From NCBI RefSeq assembly GCF_009914755.1, contig NC_060927.1: a stretch of DNA of 64,000 nt; one strand, written 5' to 3'. Both the position numbers and the translations under genes were made by a program. The DNA comes from the human T2T-CHM13v2.0 reference genome, Homo sapiens. This document shows positions 20,701-35,747 of this stretch, piece by piece. The notes beneath the pieces were generated by a model that saw only the letters and a list, made by a program, of their open reading frames with translations, was not told the origin of the DNA and did no database searches. How positions within the stretch are numbered: the stretch's first letter is position 1; every line of letters starts with the position of its first letter.

Positions 20701-21018
20701 TTAGGTAGGAGCAGGAGCACCAGGAAGCCGCCATTACTCTGAGACTCTCCAGGCCTACTTCCCTCTTCTATTCAGCATGGACCCAGCACACTAGTTAGTG
20801 CAGACCCTCCATGACAGGGTGTTCACAGAGATGAAACACACAAGCTCTCCAAATCCTGGCATCTTCTCCTTTGAAGGGACTTGAAAAATTATCTAAGACT
20901 CTCCCACTGTGGTATAAAAGAATCTTAAACAGAGAAGCAGCACAATCCCAGTTCACCCAGAGTCACCTGCTCAAGCCACATCCTGAAGCCAGATACCCTG
21001 ACTCAGCAGGACCTCTGC

Positions 21019-23190
<2,172 letters not shown>

Positions 23191-23444
23191 TGCAATGAAC
23201 AGAACTCATTCAAGCTAACATAAGCAAAAAAGAACATTGATTAGAAATAGAGGGATCTGGTGGAGCCCCAAGACAGGAAATGAGGCCAGGCTTCATAGGA
23301 ATTAATGCCAGAAACTGCAAAGCTGACAAGAGCCAGACTGGCTTGTCTCTCCAAATCTCTTTCTCTCTAGAGCTATATTGTCTTTTATTTCTGGCTCTCT
23401 AAGGCACATGCCTTCTCAATCTCTCTCTCTCTCTCCAGAGAACA

Positions 23445-23690
23445 GTTTAGCATGTGGTATGTGATTAAGGGCAGTCTCCAAGCCAGGGTGCTAAATGCCA
23501 GCCCCACGACTTAGTTATTGGTGACTCTGGGCAAGTTCCTTAAGCTTCTGTTCTTCAGTTTCCTCATTTGTAAAGTGGGAATAAAGATAACAATGGTACT
23601 TTTACCTCATAAGATTGTTGTGAGATTGAATCAATATATGTAAAGTTCTTTGAACAGTGCCAGGCACGTTGCAAGCGTTTGCTTTCATTA
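23445..23690 (+). mobile_element. MIR
   Basis: Core GTGACTCTGGGCAAGTT…CAGTTTCCTCATTTGTAAAGTGGG. Confidence 0.8.
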
Positions 23691-23752
23691 TTATCTTTCT
23701 TTGCTCACTTAACCATGTCTGAACATGGGTGCCTTGATACTAGCTTTTTATC

Positions 23753-24163
23753 TGTCTCAGTCTGTTTGTGCAGCTGTGACAAAATATCTTAGACTGGGTA
23801 ATGTGTAAATAATAGGAATTTGTTTCTCACAGTTCTAGAGGCTGGGAAGTTCAAGATCAAGATGTCAGCAGATTAAGTGTCAGGTGAGGGCTCACTCTCT
23901 GCTTCCAAGATGAAGCCTTGTTGCGTGGTGGAAGGCAGCAAAAGCGATGAACTGTGTTCTTATACAGCAGAAGAGATGGAGGGGCAAAAAGGGATTAGGG
24001 TGCCCTCTTCAACCTCTTTGATGAGAGCATTAATCCCATTCATGAGAGTAGAATACTCATGACTTAATCACTTCCCAAAAGACCCTACCTCTTAATACGA
24101 TCGCGTTGGGTATTAGATCTGAACAGTTGAGTTTTGGAGGTACACATACATTCAAACCATAGC
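23753..24163 (-). mobile_element. MaLR LTR (MSTD/MLT1A-like)
   Basis: TGTCTCAGTCTGTTTGTGCAGC…TCTCACAGTTCTAGAGGCTGGGAAGTTCAAGATC…TTCAAACCATAGCA. Confidence 0.8.
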
Positions 24164-24209
24164 AATAACCAACCCATAGTTCAAGTGCTTATCAGAAACC
24201 TAAGTTTCC

Positions 24210-24516
24210 AGCCGGGCACGGTGGCTCATGCCTGTAATCCCAGCACTTTGGGAGACCAAGGCTGGTGGATCATGAGGTCAGGAGTTCAAGACCAGCCTGG
24301 CCAACATGGTGAAACCCTGTCTCTACTCAAAATACAAAAATTAGCCAGGTGTGGTGGTGCATGCCTGCAATCCCAGCTACTCAGGAGGCTGAGGCAGGAG
24401 AATGACTTGAACCTGGGAGACAGAGATTGCGGTGAGCAGAGCTTAGATTGTGCCACTGCACTTCAGCCTGGATGACAGAGCGAGACTCCATCTCAAAAAA
24501 AAAAAAAAAAAAAAAA
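24210..24516 (+). mobile_element. Alu (AluSg-like)
   Basis: Full dimer; TSD AAA(C/T)CTAAGTTTCC. Confidence 0.95.
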
Positions 24517-24860
24517 TCTAAGTTTCCGCGACCCAAATTTACATTCCTAGGTCAGAACGTGTCTGACTGGACCAGCTGGAGTTACGTGCCTGCCCACGAT
24601 CTAATCAGCTGTGGCAGACGGTTAAGGGAGTGAGTGCTGAGGGGACTCAGCAGGGAGACAGGGAGTTGATTCTCTGAGAAGGGGCTGTGGGCTGGGCTGG
24701 GAAGAGGGCTTGCCCGCCACTACTCCCACCTCCATTTTCACATACGGCAGCTCTGCTATGTCAAACCTCAGCTTTAGCTCCCTGCTAAGCAGAAACTCTT
24801 CCTATTATTGACTGACCCAAACAGCATGAAGAAGGTGTCTTCCTTTAGCCAACGAGCACT

Positions 24861-25101
24861 TCTCTCTCCACATAACTCTCTCCACGTAACTAGTCTCCTC
24901 TCTCCACATAACTAGTCTCCTCTCTCCACATAACTCTCTCCACATAACTAGTCTCCTCTCTCCACATAACTAGTCTCCTCCCTCCACATAACTAGTCTTC
25001 TCTCTCCACATAACTAGTCTCCTCCCTCCACATAACTAGTCTCCTCTCTCCACATAACTCTCTCCACTTAACTAGTCTCCTCTCTCCACATAGTCTCCTG
25101 T
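24861..25101. repeat. Minisatellite of mixed 22-bp and 14-bp units (~12 cores)
   Basis: CTCTCTCCACATAA, with or without CTAGTCTC, repeated. Confidence 0.93.
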
Positions 25102-25166
25102 CTCCGCTTGGCAATGAGGGCTCTAGTCCTCTGAGAAGCCAAAACACAAGTATCTCTTTATACTAG

Positions 25167-25536
<370 letters not shown>

Positions 25537-26569
25537 TAAAGTTATTGATCTCACCATACAGAAAAAGCAAATTAAGCAGAATGTTGAACAGAATGTGAAT
25601 TGGCTAATCAAAAGGATAATGAGGTTTAAGGGAATACGGTGCCTTTCATTTCTATATATTATTCCAATCTCTATTCGATGCGGCCATTTGGGGTAAAATG
25701 CTATGAAACAGCATATTTCAAACCCTGTTCTTCAGAAATACTTGAATGTCACGGACAAATCGATAGCTCTTTAAATCACAGAGCTGCGCTCATTAGTGGT
25801 CCTCCCTTGGGGAGGAGATGGCTGCATCTGCCTACTCGGCGGGAATAGGCCAGCCTCCAAACTGGCATGAGCTGACCTTTCCTTGGGCTTGTTACTCTCT
25901 TATTGGTGATTCTTTCTGTAAAGTCTCAGAAACCTTAGTTTGCAATTGCCAATATGCTTGTTGTTTTAGGGTGTCACCATTAGACTGAGTGTCTGAGCAA
26001 GGCTATTAAGCATTGTGTATTCCTGAGAGGATCCTTTCAGAGAAAACAAGAGGTTGTTTTACGGGGAAATGACCCATGGCTCAGTATTAGCTCCATTAAA
26101 TGACAGACAAGAAAGGAGGTATAATGTTCCCATCAAGTAGAATGAGAAGATTGCTCCCAACTTGTGGTCCCTGTTTCCTATATCCAATGCCCTCATTTCC
26201 TTTCCTCTGATTCCTCCTTTAGTGAATTGATTGCTTCCCCCATTTTTCTTCATGGAAATTGCTCTCTATGCAAGGTTATCAGACTTATTTGCAGTTTGAG
26301 CCAAAGAAGCAACATCTTTCACTCCATCCACTTCTACTGGAAGTAGACTGGACTATCTTAATCCAATATAATAGAAGCTTAAGAGAAAACAAGCGTGGCC
26401 TGTTATTAAATTATTGCCAAATACTTTACAAACTGTAAATGTCAGAAAAAACTACACACAAAAGCTCTAAGGCATGTGGAGACAAGTAATACAATTTACT
26501 TCAATAATAAGTATAGAGTTACTTATGCTCAACTCAGAAGCCCACAAGAAGTATATTTTTTGCCGAACT

Positions 26570-26822
26570 TCGCTGACCAACTCCTCCAAAGGGGCCACTC
26601 AACTTCTCTCTAGCCCATCACTCTATTTTAATTTTTTGCATAGCACTTACCACTCTGATATTTTTATAGTTCATGTTTATATTTGTTTTTTACTTATTTA
26701 TTGTTTATATTTTCTACTAGAATGTAGTCCTTTTCTGTCTCTCTCTCTTACCACTGTATTCTCAATGCCTAGAACAGAGCCTAGTATATAGTAGGCACTC
26801 AATAAATACTTGTTGCATTAAT
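26570..26822 (+). mobile_element. L2 3' fragment
   Basis: …CCTAGAACAGAGCCTAGTATATAGTAGGCACTCAATAAATACTTGTTG. Confidence 0.75.
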
Positions 26823-26902
26823 GCACCGCCGAGTGCTGGGCCTCCTGGCTTCACCACCAGCTCCTAAAGAGAGTATCTTCCATCTTCCTTCCCCTCTTTA
26901 GC

Positions 26903-29434
26903 GTGGAGCCCTGCTGGCTCTTCATAATCCGTGTCTGGGGTTAGAGTGGAGCCCTGCTGGCTCTTCATAATCCGTGTCTGGGGTTACAGTGGAGCCCTGC
27001 TGGCTCTTCATAATCCGTGTCTGGGGTTACAGTGGAGCCCTGCTGGCCCTCCATAATCCGTGTCTGGGGTTGGAGTGGAGCCCTGCTGGCTCTCCATAAT
27101 CCGTGTCTGGGGTTGGAGTGGAGCCCTGTTGGCTCTCCATAATCCATGTCTGGGGTTACAGTGGAGCCCTGCTGGCCCTCCATAATCCATGTCTGGGGTT
27201 GGAGTGGAGCCCTGTTGGCCCTCCATAATCCATGTCTGGGGTTAGAGTGGAGCCCTGCTGGCTCTTCATAATCCATGTCTAGGGTTAGAGTGGAGCCCTG
27301 CTGGCTCTTCATAATCCGTGTCTGGGGTTAGAGTGGAGCCCTGCTGGCTCTCCATAATCCATGTCTGGGATTAGAGTGGAGCCCTGCTGGCCCTCCATAA
27401 TCCGTGTCTGGGGTTAGAGTGGAGCCCTGCTGGCCCTCCATAATCCGTGTCTGGGGTTAGAGTGGAGCCCTGCTGGCCCTCCATAATCCGTGTCTGGGGT
27501 TAGAGTGGAGCCCTGCTGGCTCTCCATAATCCGTGTCTGGGGTTGGAGTGGAGCTCTGTTGGCTCTCCATAATCCATGTCTGGGGTTAGAGTGGAGCCCT
27601 GCTGGCTCTTCATAATCCGTGTCTGGGGTTACAGTGGAGCCCTGCTGGCTCTTCATAATCCGTGTCTGGGGTTACAGTGGAGCCCTGCTGGCTCTTCATA
27701 ATCCGTGTCTGGGGTTAGAGTGGAGCCCTGCTGGCTCTTCATAATCTGTGTCTGGGGTTAGAGTGGAGCCCTGCTGGCCCTCCATAATCCGTGTCTGGGG
27801 TTAGAGTGGAGCCCTGCTGGCTCTTCATAATCCGTGTATGGGGTTAGAGTGGAGCCCTGCTGGCCCTCCATAATCCGTGTCTGGGGTTAGAGTGGAGCCC
27901 TGCTGGCTCTCCATAATCCGTGTCTGGGGTTGGAGTGGAGCCCTGTTGGCTCTCCATAATCCATGTCTGGGGTTAGAGTGGAGCCCTGCTGGCTCTCCAT
28001 AATCCATGTCTGGGGTTGGAGTGGAGCCCTGTTGGCTCTTCATAATCCGTGTCTGGGGTTACAGTGGAGCCCTGCTGGCTCTCCATAATCCGTGTCTGGG
28101 GTTGGAGTGGAGCCCTCTTGGCTCTCCATAATCCGTGTCTGGGGTTAGAGTGGAGCCCTGCTGGCTCTCCATAATCCGTGTCTGGGGTTGGAGTGGAGCC
28201 CTGTTGGCTCTCCATAATCCATGTCTGGGGTTAGAGTGGAGCCCTGCTGGCTCTTCATAATCCGTGTCTGGGGTTAGAGTGGAGCCCTGCTGGCTCTTCA
28301 TAATCCGTGTCTGGGGTTACAGTGGAGCCCTGCTGGCTCTTCATAATCCGTGTCTGGGGTTACAGTGGAGCCCTGCTGGCTCTTCATAATCCGTGTCTGG
28401 GGTTACAGTGGAGCCCTGCTGGCTCTTCATAATCCGTGTCTGGGGTTACAGTGGAGCCCTGCTGGCCCTCCATAATCCGTGTCTGGGGTTGGAGTGGAGC
28501 CCTGCTGGCTCTCCATAATCCGTGTCTGGGGTTGGAGTGGAGCCCTGTTGGCTCTCCATAATCCATGTCTGGGGTTACAGTGGAGCCCTGCTGGCCCTCC
28601 ATAATCCATGTCTGGGGTTGGAGTGGAGCCCTGCTGGCCCTCCATAATCCATGTCTGGGGTTGGAGTGGAGCCCTGTTGGCCCTCCATAATCCATGTCTG
28701 GGGTTAGAGTGGAGCCCTGCTGGCTCTTCATAATCCATGTCTAGGGTTAGAGTGGAGCCCTGCTGGCTCTTCATAATCCGTGTCTGGGGTTAGAGTGGAG
28801 CCCTGCTGGCTCTCCATAATCCATGTCTGGGATTAGAGTGGAGCCCTGCTGGCCCTCCATAATCCGTGTCTGGGGTTAGAGTGGAGCCCTGCTGGCCCTC
28901 CATAATCCGTGTCTGGGGTTAGAGTGGAGCCCTGCTGGCCCTCCATAATCCGTGTCTGGGGTTAGAGTGGAGCCCTGCTGGCTCTCCATAATCCGTGTCT
29001 GGGGTTGGAGTGGAGCTCTGTTGGCTCTCCATAATCCATGTCTGGGGTTAGAGTGGAGCCCTGCTGGCTCTTCATAATCCGTGTCTGGGGTTAGAGTGGA
29101 GCCCTGCTGGCTCTTCATAATCCGTGTCTGGGGTTACAGTGGAGCCCTGCTGGCTCTTCATAATCCGTGTCTGGGGTTAGAGTGGAGCCCTGCTGGCTCT
29201 TCATAATCTGTGTCTGGGGTTAGAGTGGAGCCCTGCTGGCCCTCCATAATCCGTGTCTGGGGTTAGAGTGGAGCCCTGCTGGCTCTTCATAATCCGTGTA
29301 TGGGGTTAGAGTGGAGCCCTGCTGGCCCTCCATAATCCGTGTCTGGGGTTAGAGTGGAGCCCTGCTGGCTCTTCATAATCCATGTCTGGGGTTACAGTGG
29401 AGCCCTGCTGGCTCTCCATAATCCATGTCTGGGG
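26903..29434. repeat. VNTR, 43-bp unit x ~59 with higher-order structure
   Basis: Consensus GTGGAGCCCTGCTGGCTCTTCATAATCCGTGTCTGGGGTTAGA; 2532 bp / 43 is about 59 copies. Confidence 0.98.
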
Positions 29435-31373
29435 CTGTTTGAGCTCTAGCTGTATCTTAAGCTGTAGCTGTAGCTGTTGCTGCTGCTGTCAATGATGAAG
29501 CATCATTGCTGCTGTCAATGATGAAGCTGGGAAAAGGGGAGGTGAGCTCTGGGTTTTCAAAAGCCATTTTTGTCTTTTTGGCAAACGCTGAAAGAGTCAA
29601 GTTTTGCTATGGACTTGTTTTCTCTTTAAAAACCAGTCAGGCATGTAGGGGGCAAATCCACGCATCAGCCTCATGTGCACTGAACTCCGAGGAGCAGCCA
29701 GGAACGAGGCCTGGTGTGTGGTGAGCAATTAGAGCTACAATTCTAGCAGCAGAGCATACAAAACCAAACCAGATCACCTCCAAACCTCCATATGCCTGAC
29801 ATCCAGTCTTGAAATCCTAGTCATTTTAGTCATCTGTGACTTCTTCAATCCCCGTTCAATTTGCATCTCATTCAAAGCACACCAAGTCCTCTTGCGTCAG
29901 CTGTTGCACTGCACCATGCAAGCATTTACAATTCCTGCTGCACCTCCGTTCCTGGTTTACATTTATCACAGTTCATAGAATGTTAGTTCCTTGGGGGCTG
30001 AGACCATGTCTTATCATTTGTTTTCCCCTTCCCCAGTATAGTGACTTTCATAGAGTAGAAATTAAAAATATATATTATCTGCCTAACATTTATGTCTTCC
30101 TAGACAACAATACTCATCTGGAGAAAGACTAGGAATCATACATAAATGTAAAACATAATGGAGCTATTCGGGAGATAGTAAAGGAGTGCAATTGTGTCTT
30201 TATTTCCTGTTTGTTTGGCATCTCCCATACCAAAAGACTGGGGGCCCCACCTCATGATTTCTTCCATAGTTTAGAGAAGATGCCTGCTTTTCTTGTGGCC
30301 AAGCCATGAGGGTCACTGCCCTATGGACGATGGAAGACATAACAGAAAGCAAAGAGGTGAGAGCCTCCCCTTCTTGCTCCAGTGGACACTGCGAGAAGGA
30401 AAAGAGAGAAATAGGGGAAGGAAACAGACCTGAGATTTTTGGCCCCCCAGCCCCACCCCCAAGCTTGAAATCCAAGACTGTGGATTAGGATTAGGGGTTG
30501 TTAGGTAGTCTTGGGGGAAAGCAAAAGCAAAGATTTTTTTTTTTTTTAACACGCCTTCCATTCCACGGTGGCATTTGTGAGATCAGCTTGCAGGCCCCAC
30601 CACTAAGAGGGGGTAGCCATACTAAGAGTGAAAAATGCTCACATACGGTGGTGAGGCGGGGAGAGGCCTGTGTCAATGCTCCCGCAAGGGAGCATAGGTT
30701 CCCTATGGAAGAGCCCAGAGGTTCCTATGTACCCCTTGGGACATAGAGATGGTCATTGAGGCAAAAGCCAATGGGCCTCACATGCGGGATCCACGTTGAG
30801 GAATAGGGTGGTCTTAGGCTGGAGGGGTATGTAGCTGAGACTCAGAAGGTGTTGAGTCAGCAAGGGGGTGCGCTAGGCACTGACTGAACCACAAGGTCCA
30901 CTGTGGAAATCATAAACCAATCAAATACCTGGCCAGCAACAGGAACCCACAAAGACCCAGAGGCCAGCACAGGACAAGCAAGAACTCCAAGGCTACTCCC
31001 CATCCACCCTGCTGCCATCTTGGGGAAGAACAGGGGGACGGGAGAGAAATCAGCACTTCTGAGCATTTGCCCCAGTGAGCCTCTCAAAACTGAAGTCAAA
31101 TGAGTTACTGTTCATTGTCAAGTGCTCATGATCTTTACTTGCACTGTACAACAGGGAGAGGACTCTCAAGAAAGATTAGGCCAGTCATAGAACAACCTCC
31201 ACATACTCTTTTTCACCTCTGAGCAGTTGTACATAAATTTGCCACTGCATTACATATCTTTATCAAGTATTTGGTCTTTCTTTATCTAAGAGTTCCTTAA
31301 AATATGGTCTAGTGTTATGACTACTCGTGACACCAAATAATTGGGGTGTCTTCAGAACTAAAAATTGATATCT

Positions 31374-31731
<358 letters not shown>

Positions 31732-32296
31732 TCAGCGTATGACATCATAAGAAGACAGGACATCTCGCTGCTTGACTTAGGCAAAGTCATGGTGGGGGTC
31801 CCCATGTGTAATGCACTAAGTCCCCTCAGGGATGTCTTCCACCCTCTTACTGTCCCCTGTGAATTGCAGCAAGATGGGTTCTAGAGAGAAAAGGAGGGCA
31901 AGGTGGCCTGGAAAGACAGGGAGCTCAGACAGAAGGGCAAGCTGATAAACACACCTATTTATCACTGCACAATCCTTGGTCTTTCTCGTCCTATTGATTT
32001 TCATGCTTTGCTGTATATGCTGCTGTGTCGGAAGGAATGCGTGTACTTGCAAACAACCTTGCAATGGAGTGATCACAGCTTCAGCAAAAGGCTTCAGGCA
32101 AAACCTCCCCTAACCCTAACTCGGCCTCTAGTCCCATTTTTCCACCACTGTGTGTGTTAGAAGGGGATGGGCCCTGTCTCCAGATCTTCAGTCATCATTA
32201 TCTGGAAGGCCAGGTCTTTGCACATACCCATCTTGGAATCCTTGAGCTATTTCCCCTTATGTTTGATGAGTGAGTGAATGCATGAAAGGATGCATG

Positions 32297-32549
32297 CCAG
32301 CCTGGGCAACATGAGGAAGCCCCATCTCTACCAAAAACACACAAAAAATAGCCTGGCATGGTGGCACACTCCTGCGGTTGCAGCTACTTAGGGGGCTGAG
32401 GTGGAAGGATAGCTTGAGCCCGGGAAGCGGAGGTTGCAGTGAGCTGACATCACACCACTGTGCTCCAGCCTAGGTGACAAAGTGAGACCCTGTCTGAAAG
32501 AAAGAAAGGAAGAAGGAAGGAAGGAAGGAAAAGAAAGAAAAAGAAAAAA
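32297..32549 (+). mobile_element. 5'-truncated AluJ
   Basis: GGATAGCTTGAGCCC J diagnostic; TSD GAAAGGAT(G/A)CATG at 32284 and 32550. Confidence 0.9.
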
Positions 32550-33189
32550 GAAAGGATACATGAGTGAGTCTAGGCAGAGGTGGTAGCCTACAGTTCTTAG
32601 AAAAAAAGAAATCCTTGTGGGCTTGATTTGACAGGGGAAAGGGTGAGAGGCATAGCAATCTGCCATAGAAGAGATTTGTTGGTTCCTGTCTTCTCCTAGC
32701 CTAAGAAGCAGATCTGGGGAAGACCTAGAGGACTCTGGGGTAGCCTGTGATCCTGTGTGACCATGAGAGCTCCAGGGTAGCCCAGAATTACTCCTGATCA
32801 AGAGAAGCCCCAAGAATTTGAGGTGGTTTCAGGGCAAATCAAGTTACTTCAAAGCACTCGGCTTCCACTTACTTGATAAAAACCTCAGAGGATTGTGTGA
32901 CTGAGAGGAGGGTCAGGAGAGGTCAGGAGAGGAGGGGAGACCCTGCATACCGAGAACAGTTGTTTCCATGAAGGAGGCTAGCAGGGTATGAACATTTCTT
33001 AGGAGAAAATGTATCTGAGAACGAACAGGGGAGAGAGGTGAGAGGTGAAGGCTGGGAGCTAGAGAGGCAAGAGGGGCTGGTGGAGGGTTGGGATCAGAAA
33101 GGGGCATAGTTAAAGTGGGGAGGGAGAAGGCAGATGGCAAAGGAATACCAAAGCCTTTGCAAAAACACAGATGTGAAGAACCAAAAGAT

Positions 33190-33492
33190 GGCCAGGTGCG
33201 GTGGCTCATGCCTGTAATCCCAGCACTGTGGGAGGTCGAGATGGAAGGATGACTTGTGCCCAGGAGTACAAGACCAGCCTGGGCAACATAGTGAGACCCC
33301 CATCTCTACAAAAAAATTAAAAAATTAGCTAGCTGTGGTGGCGCATGCCTGTAGAATCAGCTACTTGGGAGTCTGAGGTGGGAGAATTGCTTGACCAGGG
33401 AGGTCAAGGCTGCAATGAGCTGTAATTGCCCCACTGCACTCCAGCCTGGGTGACACAGAAAAATCCTGTCTGAAAAAAAAAAAACAAAACAA
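33190..33492 (+). mobile_element. AluJ
   Basis: GGAGGTCAAGGCTGCAATGAGC J-type right arm. Confidence 0.9.
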
Positions 33493-34139
33493 CTCAGAAG
33501 GCCTTAAATCTCCAACACTACTCCCTACCTCACTCCACCTGTCTTTTAACAAGAAAATGGAGGCTTTGAGAGTTTCAACCAGTAGTTCAGCATCACACAA
33601 GCCATGGAGACAGGTCAGGGTCCAGGCCAGGACCACTGGCTCCTGGTGTAGAGCTCCTTGAGTCTTGTGCAACACCTCTGGACCTCCCAAAAAGAGACGG
33701 TTTGACTGAGAAAGTTGAGGAAGTGGCCTGAGCGAAGAAGATGGACCAGGACAATGAAGATGTCGGGAAATCCATACAACTTTGCCCACTAGGAATAGAC
33801 AGCATTCAGTGAATAGCGTTCAGTCCTATTAAAGCTCCTGTTTGCGAGGAACTGGCAAACCATGAAGCTCTTCTTGACTAGAAGACAATTACTGATGAAA
33901 AAAATTAATGGAGGCCTATGCCTTTCCTCATGTATGAGCTCAGAGCAGCCATGAAAATCAAGAGTAGCTCTTCTGAAGCATCAGCAGAACTCCCTGAGCC
34001 TTCTCCTCACTCCCCACTGACAAAAAGAGACCCAAGTCTCCTCAACAGGATTCCAAGGGCAGGGTGAATGTGTGGTTGATGAAGGAAAGATTCCTTATGG
34101 CTTTAGACTGTACTGTTTCTGAGGGGGGAAACGTGTTTG

Positions 34140-34428
34140 CCTTTGGAACACGTGCTTTCTTTATTCAATCAAACGAAGAAAGCAACCTGAGCCTGATACA
34201 AAAACTCACAGAAGAGGCTCTTATTGTCTGAGACCAGAGGTCTAGAAGCCTCTTCCCTGGGGCCCCAGGAGAAAAAAGGTGGAACAAACATTAACGCTCA
34301 TTCCTATGCCGCCTGGGTGTTACTGTGGGCTTCATGACTCAAGAAAAATCTAAGAGAGAGAGAGCGCTTTGTGAGTTTTCAGACTCAAAAGTTAGAGACT
34401 GCACGGACCAACCTGAGAGCAGGTGAGT
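34140..34428 (+). promoter_or_regulatory. Candidate regulatory element or first exon of a non-coding transcript
   Basis: E-box CACGTG at 34149, AP-1 TGACTCA at 34335 and a consensus 5' splice site CAG|GTGAGT at 34422/34423, in non-repeat DNA. Confidence 0.35.
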
Positions 34429-34459
34429 CCGGTTAGGAGGGAGCAGAAGTGCTTTTGGA

Positions 34460-34720
34460 GGGTGCTCATTGCCGTGTTGTTACTCGTGGCGGGGAAACTG
34501 AAAGTCACCCAGAGTGTGTCACGGGGAAAGTGAAGAGGGAAAGCTGGCTAGAACAACACACGGCAATGTGGATGGATCATAAAGGCAGAGTGCTGGGTGG
34601 AAGGAGGAGGGAAAGAATGCACTATGTGAGACAACACCATTTAGGTACAACAAAAACACATGAAAATACCACCATATGGTTTGCAAGAAATATACAAAAG
34701 GATATATACTAAATCCATAA
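34460..34720 (+). mobile_element. Old L1 (L1ME-like) 3' fragment
   Basis: Degenerate match to an old L1 3'UTR (…GGCAATGTGGATGGATCATAAAGGCAGAGTGCTG…). Confidence 0.45.
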
Positions 34721-35425
34721 TTGCCTATGGGGGGAAGGAGAATGGGAGGGGTGCATGGAAGAATAAACATAAATAATGAACACAAAAGCAGGCCCTGCAC
34801 AGACCAAAGAGGACAGCATGCCTTTGTACTTGAGGTCCAAATGTGTAGGAGTGGAGGGGGACTCCAAGTAGGCCCTCCTTATAAAGATCTAAGTCTGTCC
34901 TTGTGAGATTCAGGAAAAATTCTAAGTAGATGCGTGCTCTAGGTTCTGTTGCTACTCTATGAAATCACCCTGATCCTTCAGGAAAGAAATCTACATGTGC
35001 CTGATGTGTAAGCTTGTGGGGCCTGAAGAGTCAGTGGGTCCGGAGGAGAGGGCTCACTTCTACCCACTGGCCGCTAAGATGTCATCCTATCTGGGGGCCT
35101 TTGGCTCAGAATTCCAGGTGTTGTGGGGGGGGTACGGGAAGGCGGCCTACACTGAGATAGCCACAGTAGGAGGAAGTGCTACTATCTACAAGAGAGGACG
35201 CCTGGCCAAGACACTGATGGAACTTTCTGATATCTCAGAAACAACTGTTATCTTCAAGAAGCAGGCAGTGGCCCCCGGCAAGCTCTTGTGGTGTGTATTA
35301 TCAATGTGCAGGTGAGCCAACTGAGGCTTAGAAAGGTTAGGCAGTTTGCCCAATGTCACACAACTATCTAAGTGGCTGGGGCAGAATGTAAACTAGGTGT
35401 GTATGGCTCTAAAACCTGAGCTCTT

Positions 35426-35747
35426 TTTTGTTTGTTTGTTTGTTGTTTTTGCTTTTGTTTTTTTGAGACAGAGTCTCGCCCTGTCGCCCAGGCTGGAGTG
35501 CAGTGGCGCGATCTCAGCTCACTGCAACCTTTGCCTCTGGGTTCAAGGGATTCCCCTGCCTCAGCCTCCTGAGTAGCTGGGATCACAGGCGTGAGCCACC
35601 ACACCCAGCTAATTTTTTTCTGTATTTAGTAGAGATGGGGTTTTACCATGTTGGTCAGGCTGATCTCAATCTCCTGACCTCAGGTGATCCACCCGCCTCG
35701 GCCTCCCGAAGTGCTGAGATTATAGGCATGAGCCACCACAACCAGCC
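35426..35747 (-). mobile_element. AluSx-like inserted in a MIR
   Basis: Perfect 14-bp TSD AAACCTGAGCTCTT at 35412 and 35748. Confidence 0.95.

Noticed and set aside
26965-29118. Repetitive minus-strand ORFs in the 43-bp array, and a CRISPR-like appearance
   Set aside because: Units are head-to-tail with no unique spacers and there are no cas genes. The 43-bp period shifts frame each unit, so the ORFs are by-products.
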